Origin: Planctomycetia bacterium
GTDB taxonomy: Bacteria; Planctomycetota; Planctomycetia; JALXBF01; JBGPMX01
Length of the DNA stretch: 32,828 bases
Assembly: GCA_041487215.1 (NCBI GenBank)
Contig: JBGPMX010000003.1
Coordinates: 1 to 32,828 of the forward strand
Direction: 5' to 3'
A program made the position numbers and the translations under genes. The notes under the pieces were generated by a model. It was given only the letters and a program-made list of their open reading frames with translations. It was not told where the DNA came from and made no database searches. This document shows positions 1 to 10,100 of the stretch, in pieces; within the stretch, counting starts at the first letter, position 1, and every line of letters begins with the position of its first letter.

Positions 1-478
1 ACAGCAGCTTGCCGAAGACGTTGCCGATGGATTTGCGCGGGATACCCGGCCCGTTGTCGGTCACCGTGACGATGAACCGATCCGCCTGCGCGGGACTTGG
101 CGGTGGCTGGTCGCCACTCGGTGCGACCGCGATCTTCACCACGATCTCGGGAAGGATCCCCGCCTCTTCGCAGGCGTCGAGCGAGTTGTCGACGGCCTCC
201 TTGACCGTGGTGAGCAGTGCCTTGCGCGGATTGTCGAAGCCGAGCAGGTGGCGGTTCTTGGCGAAGAACTCGCTGACCGAGATCTCGCGGTGCTTCGCCG
301 CCATCTCGAGCGCCGTGACGGGCCTCGTGGCCCCGCCCGAGCGCGGCACCCGTGCCGGACGTGCCGCGGCACCATCTCCGTTCCCCTCTTTTGTCGCCAC
401 CGTCTCCAGCGGCGCTTCCTTACCGGCGCGGGCTGCGGCCTTGCCGGTTTCGCCTTTTTCCTTATGCGTCGCCCGCAA
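1..478 (-). CDS. top6B: DNA topoisomerase VI subunit B, N-terminal part (runs off the left edge of the window)
   Basis: Not in the ORF track because it has no stop in the window. Manual translation gives MAAKHREISVSEFFAKNRHLLGFDNPRKALLTTVKEAVDNSLDACEEAGILPEI...FIVTVTDNGPGIPRKSIGNVFGKLL: GHKL ATPase motifs (ExxDNSLDA, DNGxGI) plus the Top6B-typical EFFxKN and VFGKLL. Proposed TTG start at 478 with GGAGG about 9 nt upstream. Confidence 0.93.
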   Translation of the reverse strand, partial: MRATHKEKGETGKAAARAGKEAPLETVATKEGNGDGAAARPARVPRSGGATRPVTALEMAAKHREISVSEFFAKNRHLLGFDNPRKALLTTVKEAVDNSLDACEEAGILPEIVVKIAVAPSGDQPPPSPAQADRFIVTVTDNGPGIPRKSIGNVFGKLL

Positions 479-542
479 TGGTCTCTTCCTCCCGCCAGGT
501 ACCTCGTTACCAGTCCCTATAGTGAACAAATGTGAGCTATGA

Positions 543-548
543 ATTATA
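543..548 (-). promoter_or_regulatory. Perfect -10 hexamer (TATAAT) upstream of top6B
   Basis: Forward ATTATA at 543-548 in an AT-rich patch 65 nt upstream of the top6B start. No convincing -35. Confidence 0.4.
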
Positions 549-753
549 CCGTTTTTGCCGATAAATCCACAGGCCAGTTCCCTCTTTCGCATGCGGCGAG
601 CGACCGGGGGAGTCTCTTGAGTCATGCTTGTTCGAACGCGATTCCCAGAGTTCCCCCGCGTGACCGATCGCAGGCATTGAGCAAGCGTTGCGCTTGCCGC
701 GCGTCGCGGCAGCGACGATCGGAGCCGGTGGCGCAAGAAACGAGGGAGCGAGG

Positions 754-1113
754 ATGTTCGGATCGATGCGAGTCTTCTTCGGTGCCGCTATGGCCGCTGG
801 TCTTGCCCTGACGGCGGCGGCCGGCGCGGACGATTGCACCTGCCAGAGTGGACACGGGATCGGACATGGCGGGACGGTTTATACGCGCGAGACCAACCAC
901 GGGCTGTTGCATTACCCGTCCGGCACGTACTGGCACTCCTGGCGAGCGCCCACGGTCTGGACCAACGAGTACGCGAATCCGGCGGAGCCGGGTGCCTGGG
1001 CGGCGCCGAGCCCCTGGGCGTATCATTCGATCGCCCCGTACCCCCACCACTACCACTTCTTCTACGGCGAGAGCTACGGCTGGGACGACGAGTGCTTCAG
1101 CTGTCGGAACTGA
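754..1113 (+). CDS. Small secreted His/Trp/Tyr-rich protein of unknown function (~119 aa)
   Basis: ATG at 754 preceded by GAGGGAG/GAGG. Signal-peptide-like MRVFFGAAMAAGLALTAAAGA, followed by an aromatic/His-rich mature part with CxC and CxxC at its ends. Confidence 0.7.
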   Translation: MFGSMRVFFGAAMAAGLALTAAAGADDCTCQSGHGIGHGGTVYTRETNHGLLHYPSGTYWHSWRAPTVWTNEYANPAEPGAWAAPSPWAYHSIAPYPHHYHFFYGESYGWDDECFSCRN

Positions 1114-1140
1114 TGGGACGGACAGGATTGTCCGTCCCAC
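1114..1140. repeat. GTRG-type REP-like palindrome between convergent genes
   Basis: TGGGACGGACA-GGAT-TGTCCGTCCCA is a perfect 11-bp stem. It reads GTGG-GACGGACAATCCTGTCCGTCCC on the minus strand. No U-tract follows on either strand. Confidence 0.6.
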
Positions 1141-1177
1141 AAAGAACCGAACGTGGTCGCCAACGTCGACGCACGGC

Positions 1178-4100
1178 TTACCGGGCATGCCAGGTTGCGA
1201 GTACGTCGTCCAGGACGCACGCCTCGATCAAATCGTGCGCGCAGCCGCGCTGCGCAGGAGTTTCCCCGAGACGTTCCGGCTCGATCGGCTCGAAGCCATC
1301 CTGGATCGGCGCGACGCCCCGGTCCACGCGGCTCGCCAGAACGGCGTCGACCGCCGGAGCCCGCTCGGGATCGGATTGCGGCGGGGTCGGCACGGAGAGG
1401 GGAACCACGTCGAGAGTCGCTGCCGGTCGCAGCGCCGCGGCTGCCGGGCGTTGGCTCGGAGTTACGGAGCCGCTTGCAGAGTCATCGTTGCCGAACCGCA
1501 CCCTGCCTCGCGCTCCGCTCAGCAACCGAACGGCGCGGCTCGCGGCGTCTGCCGGTGCGGTCTGGACCCAGCCTTGTTGGACCATCTGGGTGACGTGATA
1601 GAGACCGGGGGCCAGGTCTGGGAAGACGAACTTGCCCGTCCCGTTGCTGACCTTCGACGGTTCGTTTGGATCCTGCGACCCATCCCCATCGAGATCGAGA
1701 AAAACGGTCCAGCCGGGCAGGCGCGCCTCATCAGCGTCCTGGGCGCCGTTCCGGTTGTCGTCGTGGAAGATCTTGCCTCGGATGCGGCCCGGCTGGTAGG
1801 CGGCCACATCGATTTTACGGGCGACACCGCCGGGGGGAACGCTCGCATGCATCGGCACGGCGACGAATCCGCTCGCACTCACGAGCACGACGGCGTGATC
1901 GCCGGGGTCCAGGTTCTTGAACGAATACGTTCCGTTGGGCCGCGTGAGCTTCGACCGTTCGCCGGGGTCGGGTATCCCGTTGCCGTTCGAGTCGAGCAGC
2001 ACCACCCAGCCGGCGAGCAGAGGTTCGCCGGCGTCATAGCGCTGGTCGCCGTTCATGTCCTCGAAGGCGTGCCCCTTGATCTTCCCCGGGCGGGCCGGCG
2101 TGTCGCCGATGTCCGCGTTGGCAACGTCTCCGCCGCTCGACGCGAAAATTGTCTCGGGATTGCCCGTGGTGCGGAACCAGCCGGGTTCCACCACCTGGCG
2201 CACGCGGTAGGTACCGGGACCCAGGTCGAGGAACGCGTAGTTCCCCTGGGCGTCGGTCTGCGTGCTGGCTTCGCCGGCATCGAGCGTGCCGCTGTCATCG
2301 GCGTCGAGGAAGAGCGTCCAGCCCGCGAGTCCCTGGTCTTCCGTATCCTGGAGGCCGTTGCCGTTGTGGTCCTCGTAGATCGACCCACGGATCGTGATCT
2401 TCCGGAAGTTGCCGAAGTCGATGCCATCGAGCACGTCGCCGGCGGCGACCTGAACCGTGCGGCTCCCGGCGATGACCGGGGACCTGGCGGGCCGGTCATG
2501 AGGCGCTTCTCCGGTTGTCGCGTGGGAGCCGATCGTGGCCAGCGGCGCTCCACCGGCCAGCGCTAGAATCCCCTCGGCGAGTGCCAGCACATCCACGCGG
2601 GCGAAGCTGAGCCCGGTGTTCGTGACGTTATCACGCTCGTCGTCGCCGTCCTTGATGATGGTGGCCGTTGATACCAGCAAGGATCGGAATTCATCCAGGG
2701 TCAAGCGCCGCCCCAGCTTGTCGAGCGCCAGCTGCTGCGCGAGCGCGGCCACACCGGTCACATACGGGGCGGCCATGCTGGTGCCGGAGAAGGTGGCCAC
2801 CCCACCCCCCAGGCCGGCTCCGGCGATGAGCGCGCCCGGCGCGAACGCGTCGCTCAGGCCGTCGTCGCGCTGGGAGAAGCTGACGATGCGATCTGCTGCC
2901 GTGCTCAAATCCCTGGCGCCGTTCTTCCAGGTAAAAGGTCCGCCGGCATCCGCGCTCCAGACAGCGCCGATCGACAGCGAGTTCGGGTCCGCGGACGGAT
3001 AGGCAACTCCTTGCCTGCTGCCGTCGGCGTAGAAGTCATTGCCCGATGCGGACACCACGATCACGCCCAGCGCCGCCAGGGCGGCCAGGTCATTGCTGAT
3101 CCCCGCCCTGAGCTGGGGCGTGCTGTAATTGCCGCCATCGCCGAACGACATGTTCACGCCAGCGATGCGGTATTGCGCCGCATGCGCGATCACCCACTCG
3201 AGCGCCCGCTCGACCGAGGCGAAGCTTCCACTCCCCGTGCTGTCCAGCACCTTGAGCTCGATCAGGTTTACGCTCGGCGCCACACCGCGATGGACGAGGT
3301 CGCGCGACGCAACGATGCTCGAGACGTGCGAGCCGTGTCCGTGGTCGTCGCTCGCGTCGGCGTCGTCGTGAACGAAGTCCCACTGATACACCACGGAATC
3401 GGCGACGCCGTTGGAATCGCCGTCCGCCCCGAAGAACGGGTGGTCCGGGTCGATGCCGGTGTCGAGGATGACCACGGACAAACCGCTGCCGTCGATGCCG
3501 GCAAACCTGGGATCGGCACGGAAGGCGTCGAGAGCGATGAGACCGCCCGCCCGCTCGGCGCTCACAAGACTGCTCGGGGTGGTCTCGTCCGAGCTGCGTA
3601 CCCCCGCGATGGTCACCCGCACGTCACCGAGCGCGGTCCGAGAAACCGGCGCAGCCGAGGTCGATCCCCCTGGCCCGGGCGAGGTCTGCATCCAGCCCTG
3701 CTGCATGACCTCCGCCACGACGTAGGACCCCGGCGCCAGGGCGGTGAAGACATACGCGCCGTTGGCGTCGGTGACCGTGCTCGGCTCTTCGGTGTCGAGC
3801 AACCCGTCGTCATCCAGGTCCAGGAAGATGGTCCAGTCGGCGAGGCCCGGTTCGCCCGCGTCCTTTGTGCCGTCGCCGTCGAGGTCGTTGAACTCCTGGC
3901 CATGGATCTCCCCCGCCGGCAAGGCGCCCACGTGGGTCTGCGCATCCGGCGTGGCGGGTGGGGCCTCGATATTGCCCGCGTTGTCGCGAGCCACGCTATA
4001 GAACGCATAGGCGTGCCCCGGCTCGCCCGTGTACAGCGCCTCGGTAAGGCTAGTGCCGACGAGCCAGCGCACGAACGGGCCGCCGTTGTCCGATACGTAG

Positions 4101-7100
4101 ATGGCAAAATCGGCCAGGGCCGAACCGCCTTCGTCGTCTCGGCCCGACCAGGAAACGAGGAAGGTGCTTTCCGCCGTCGCGGCGCTCAGAAGATCAACCG
4201 CGCTGGTCGGCGGGGCGCTGTCCAGCGCGTTGGCGATCCCCGGCGTGTCGATCGGCTCGTTGGTGTCGAACACGACCCGCGCCCGCGCGTCGATGCGAGC
4301 GCCGGTGGTGACGTCGTGCTTGGGCCGGATCGTGTAGGTCACGAAGCCCTCTCCGATGCCGCTTGAATCGTTCGGGGGCAGGAAACCCAGGAGCGCGTCA
4401 GCCGGAGACTCGCCGGTCTGCGGATCGACCGTGCTGAGCACCCAGGTGGCCAGCCCGGTCTGGACATCGACCGAGGCGGTGATATCCACTGCGTAGCCCA
4501 ATGTGTCGAACAGGTCGATGCGGCCTTGATAGAAGCCTTGCTTCGCATCGAGCTCGATGTGCTGGTCGCCCCAGCCGAAGTCAGCGACTCGGAAGCTGCG
4601 CACGTCGAGGTCGTCATCGAGCGCTTGCGTGATAACCACTCGCTGCGCCGGCCCGCTGGCATCGGCCTTGTTCTCGAAGCGGATCATGTAGGGCAGCGTA
4701 TCGGAGCTGCTCACCCACGCCTCGCTGCCGAACCCGGTGGGCCCGATGATGTCGTTCGGGTCGAGCGAAACGGCCTGCCGCGGCTCGTAGGGTTGCGGAG
4801 GCTCGGGCGGCGTCGGCACCGGCGGGGGCGGCGGTACCGGAAGGGGCAAGGGCCGGGGATCGTTCGGTTTCGGCTGCGGCGGCTTCTTGGGCTTCTTGGA
4901 GCAGTCGCTCGGGACATCGCCCCAGTCGACCGAGTAGAGCCAGTCTGTCAGGTCCAAATCCGAAGCTCGGAACCGGGCCGTCGAACCTTCCGCTTGAGAG
5001 GAGGATGGCCCGAAATCCGCTCCGCTCGCTGTCGTCGCCGCGGCCACGGGATCAAACGCCGTCGGTTCGGACCAATGCCCGTTGAAAGTGCTCTGGAATA
5101 TGCTCGGGTCGTTGTTGTTCAGGTTCCCTGTAACGTCCTGGGTCCAGAACAGGACCGTGTTTCCGTGAAGCTGGGTGATGGCAGCCGGGCCGGTGATGGC
5201 GCCAACGTCGACGGCCTCGGGTGTCGTCCAGCCGTTGCCGTCCCAGAACGCGGCCATCAGCTGGGTGCCGCTGTCCGCCGCGTGCTTCCAGGTGGCGAGA
5301 AGGCGGCCATCCGCCGAGACACTCACCACCACTTCGCTTTCGCGTCCGTTCGCGGTCCAGATCGGCACGGGTGTCGACCACGCCCCATTGCGGTATGTCG
5401 AGAAGACGACGTCGTTGCGCGTGAGCGTCCCCAGGATCTGGTTGGTGTCTGACTGAGGCGTGAGAGCGCTGGTGTCGGCCATGGACCAGACGATGATCGG
5501 CTCGCCGCCGGGACCAAAACCGATCGCGGGCTTATCGCTGAAGCCTCGGCTTCCGGGCAGCTCGACCGGCTCGTTCCATCGGGTTCCGTCGAACCGGGAG
5601 ACCAGGACGCGATCGCCCAGCGGCCCGGGCGAGGCCGGATCGGCATCCTTGGCCCACGCCAGGTAGATATCACCATTTGGCGCCTTCGCGAGCGTTGCGG
5701 GACCGTCTTCCGAGAGATCGGACGCGACGTTGCTGAGGATGCTTCCACTGCCGTAGACAGTTCCCGTGCCCGCGTGAGGCCCGTAGTGCAGCGACAGGCT
5801 CTGCGTGGTCGGGCCCGGGCGTGGGGTCTCGAGTGCAAAGGGTTCTGAGGCTGCGGACAACTGGAGCGAGGAACCGGTCGGCCTGGATGGGTCTTCGATC
5901 CAGACCGCGGTCATGGCTCCGCCCCAGGGCCCTGCGGTTACGAGCACGTCCATGGTGACCGTCAGGCGCTTGAACGTCAGGAAGCGGGGATAGGCCTCCC
6001 ACCGGGCCGTTCCGAGCACCTTCGCCTGCACCCGGATTTTGTTCAGGAGCTTGGCTTTGCCGAAGGCGCCGACCGAAAGATCGGTGTACAGATTCGCTTG
6101 CGCCGGCTGGTCGACCGTCCACTTGTAGGAACCGCTAAGGCCGAACCCGAACGAGGCTCCGACGCTGAACTTGGCGAGCTCATCCCCGAGATCCACTAGC
6201 ACAATGCCGAGCGGGATGGGCGGCATCGGCACGGGGATCTTGACGAAGGGGATATCGACCGAACCGGAGATGGCGCCGCCCAGCTTGAACTCGTTCACCG
6301 AGTAGCCGCCCGGCTCGGCGGCGGCCGACAGAGACGCGTTCAACTCGCCGGCGAATTCGACGTCGTCCGCGACTTCCGCCTTGAGCTGCACGAAGCCGGA
6401 TATCTTCGCCACCTCGCAGTTCTTGCTGCGATTGAGAACCCCGAGGACGGCGATGTTCTTCTTGCCGCCGATGAGCGGGATCCACGACGGGAGCTGGTTC
6501 TGGTAACCAAACCCGACCGACACGATGTCGGGGGAGTCCACGGCGGCGCGAAAGCCCAGATCGTCGGTGCCCGCTAGCGCGGCCGTCGCGACGCCCGCCG
6601 GCCAGATGAGGCCGGCGGACCCGATCTCGACCAGCCGCGCATAAAGGTCCGCATCATCCTGAAGTGTGTCGTCGTACTTCTGTGACACCAGCAGCACCCG
6701 TCCGGAATTCGTCACCACGACGGTCGGTGAATCATCGTAGGCGCTGTCCAGGGTGAGGTTGATCGGCGCGGACCACTCATAGGCGCCGCCCGCGCGAGCC
6801 CGGCCAAGGCTGTAATAGATGTCCGAGTTGTTGCCCTGTCCCTGGCGCCAGGTGACAAGAATACCGGCGGCCTGTCCGTCGATCAGGTTGCCGGCGGCCT
6901 GGATCGCGTAACTGTCCGGGATGGCGCCGGGAATGGGACCAGCCCCCACCCACGCGCTGCCGTTGTAAGAGGCGTGCCACAGCTCCTGGTTGTGAGTCCA
7001 GATCATGTGCGGCACCCCAGAGGCGTCGATCGCCAGCGCGGGGTCCGCCTGGTCCAGGTGAGGCGGCTCCGCGGACGGCTGAGGATCGGGGTCGGGCAGC

Positions 7101-10100
7101 AACTTGGGCGACAGCATCAGGTCCGTCGCGGCTTCGCCCGGCCGTAAGGTGACGGTGGGGATCGTGTCGAAGTAGAAGCCGCGGATGAACACCTCCCACG
7201 TTCCGGCGTGCAGCTCCTCGATGCGAAATCGTCCCTCCGGGTCGGTGGTCCCGTGCGCGAGCCGTGCATTGTCGCCGCGGATGACCTGTCGGAGTGTCAC
7301 CTGCGCACCCGCGGCAGGCTGGTGCGTCGCGGCGTCCAGGACGTGCCCGCCGATCACGCCGGACGGCTCGAACAGCTCCTCGAAATAGATCGCGCGGAAC
7401 AGCTCGGCCACACCAACCACCCGTTGACCTCGGACGCTCAGAAACGTCGCCATGTCGGCGAGCGCCCGCACGTAATCGCCCCAGGTGTTCCCGAGCCGTG
7501 CCTGGATGTCGGGCCAGATCGCGTTCCATAGGTCATCGGGCAGATCCGGCGGGCGGATGGCGGCTTCGACCTGCTGGAAGTCAATCGGCCGATTGTCGTC
7601 GGCCGTAATCGTGTGCAGCAGGAACCGGCCGGTCCCGCCGTTCGTGTTGTAGAAGAATGGGATGCTGCCCAGCTCGCCCGCGCGGAGCACGCCGGCCGGC
7701 CCGTCGCCCGAGATGCCCAGCACCTGGAGCGTGCGGCCCGGTGCCAAATCGTCGCGTGACAGCCCGAACGGCACACCGTCGGGGCCTTGCACGATCAGTA
7801 GCGGCGCCACCGCGTCGGCGTCGCCGTTGTTGCCGTAGTTGGCGTAGAAGACATACTCGTGGTCGAGCCGCACAACAGCCGGGCCGTTCAGTGTGGCGCC
7901 GAGTCGCGGGCCGACGCCCGGCAGCACCACGAGGTCCAAGCCACTCGTCTCGCCGCTCGCGTTTGTTACGACGACGCGATAGCGATTCTGCGGCTCGCCG
8001 GAACCCCCTGACCCCGTCGGCGGCTGGCCGGTGAGGTCAAAGGTGACGAAGGCGGTCATCGGGTCCTGGATCTGGACTTGCGTGGGACTCAACACCCGGT
8101 CGCCATTGCGCGTGATCCGGAACGTCGTGCTCGCGTCCAACTGCGATCCCACCAGCCGCATCGTGACCGGGCCGGCGTTGCCGACCTGGGTGGGCGCCTC
8201 GAGCAGTGAGAACGGTAGCGTATGCACACTGACTCGGAACCTCTCGTGGCTGGAATCGTCGCTAGAGTTGTGGCTGGAGCCGGGGCTGAAGTCCGGGTGC
8301 GTGTCGCGCACATCGAGACGAACGAAGTAGGTGCCCGCCTGCGTGCGAGGGATGACCAGCGGCTTGGCGTCGCCCGAATGGAGGGAGCTCCGCAGCCATT
8401 CGTCCTCCCGAAGGTCGTGCGCAAACGGTGTAGGCACACGTCCGAACGCCACGTACGCCGCCGTTACGGTCTGCCGGGGCACCGTCTCGAAATGATCTCC
8501 CACGGGCGGGGCATCGTGCACGAACACGTCCGGGATATCGCTGAAAAGAGCCTCGATGGCGATGGTCTCGTCCTGCGGCGCGTCGAAGCGAAAATACAGG
8601 GCCTGTGTGTATTGATGGGGCACGAATGTGTCCACATCGGCCGAACCGGCCCCGTCGCTGAGCGCGATCTCCGGCACACTGACGGTGAAGCTATCGAGCG
8701 ACGCGCGTAAGTTGTTCGTCTCGTTGCTCTCCGGGATGACGTTGAATACGTCGCTGCGCACGATCAGGAAATAGTCGCCCGGTAAGACGGCCGGCAGCCC
8801 GGCGCCCGCGTGCACGGTCAGGCTTCCGCCCGGCTCGATCCGGCCCTGGGCTTCCTCGCGGTGCTGCAACAGGGAGAGCGGCACGTCGTCGGCGCTGTAG
8901 TGGTCGTCCGACGAAAGGTAGAGCCGGTCCCACCAGCTGCCCCGGGCGGCATTGGTGCCCAGGTTCTCGAGCGTGTACGAGAGCGATACGTTCGATCCGA
9001 CCGGCGCGTTTTGGGGAATCGTCACGCTGCCCACAAGCAGATCGGCGGGCGGCGCGAGCGACGCGACCAGCGCCGTAGGGTCGTATGCCGTGTTGTTCGC
9101 CTCGCCATCTGCCTCCAACACTTCGTCGCTCCGATCGGTTGCGACGAACACATAAAGCGGACCGGTGAGACCGGCCGGTACGCGGAAGGTCGCGCTGCGC
9201 GTGTAAACCTGGTAGGGATCGCCCGGGCCGGTCACGGGAACGAGATCTTCCATCCGGGCAGTCCGCTCGCCCAGAAAGTAATCGCTGCCCGCATCGAACA
9301 CCTGGTCGCGCGACAGGAACACCACGTCGCGCCAGTGGCCCGAGCGCAACTCGGGGCGTAACCGTTCGGGTGGAGTGCCGGGCGGGTCGATGAAGTCACC
9401 GACGTTGCGGACTTCCCAGGCGACGTCGAATTCCTGAGCGCTCAGCGCCTCGGCCGGCGCCGTGATGCTCGACACGATAAGGTCTGGCTTGAACCGCAAC
9501 GTCGCGACGTCGAGTTGACCGGCGAGCTGAGTGTTGTTCGAGTCGCTCTCCTCGAGGACCTGGTTGTCGGCATCGGCGCGGATGAAGAAATAGAGCAGGC
9601 CGCTCAGGCTCCGCGGCAGCTCCACCCAATCTGCACCCGCGTACTGGCCGCCGTGAGCAAGCGCCCCCGAGTGATACACGCTGTCGAGCAGCAGGTCATT
9701 GCCGTTGCCGAAAACGTCATCAGGGGATGCGTAGATCCCGTCGTGCCAGTACTCCGAGCTCGTGCGATTGGCGCCGCTGTTCGTCACGGTCCACTCCAGG
9801 CGGAGCCGCCCGTTCTCCGCGGCCAGTCTGGTCGGCAGCAGTTCCAGGTCCGCCGTCTCACGCGTGACCTGGATTGGCACCGCGCTCGATGCGTTGTTGC
9901 TCTCGTTGTCGGCCTCGAAAACCGCGTTGCCGGCGTCGCTGACGACAAAGAGGCTGTACGAGCCGGCGAACTCAAACGGCAAGCCGACGGTGGCCGCGTT
10001 CCCGTAGGACTGTCTGGGATCCAGCGCGCCGGTGTGGGAGACAAGGGCAAGCACCGTGTCGTCGCCGTCCCCCAGCGCGTCGTTGCGCGAGGCGATGATC

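Noticed and set aside
523-536. LexA-like box TGAACAAATGTGAG upstream of top6B
   Set aside because: The right half-site is poor, and the Gram-positive consensus may not apply to this lineage.
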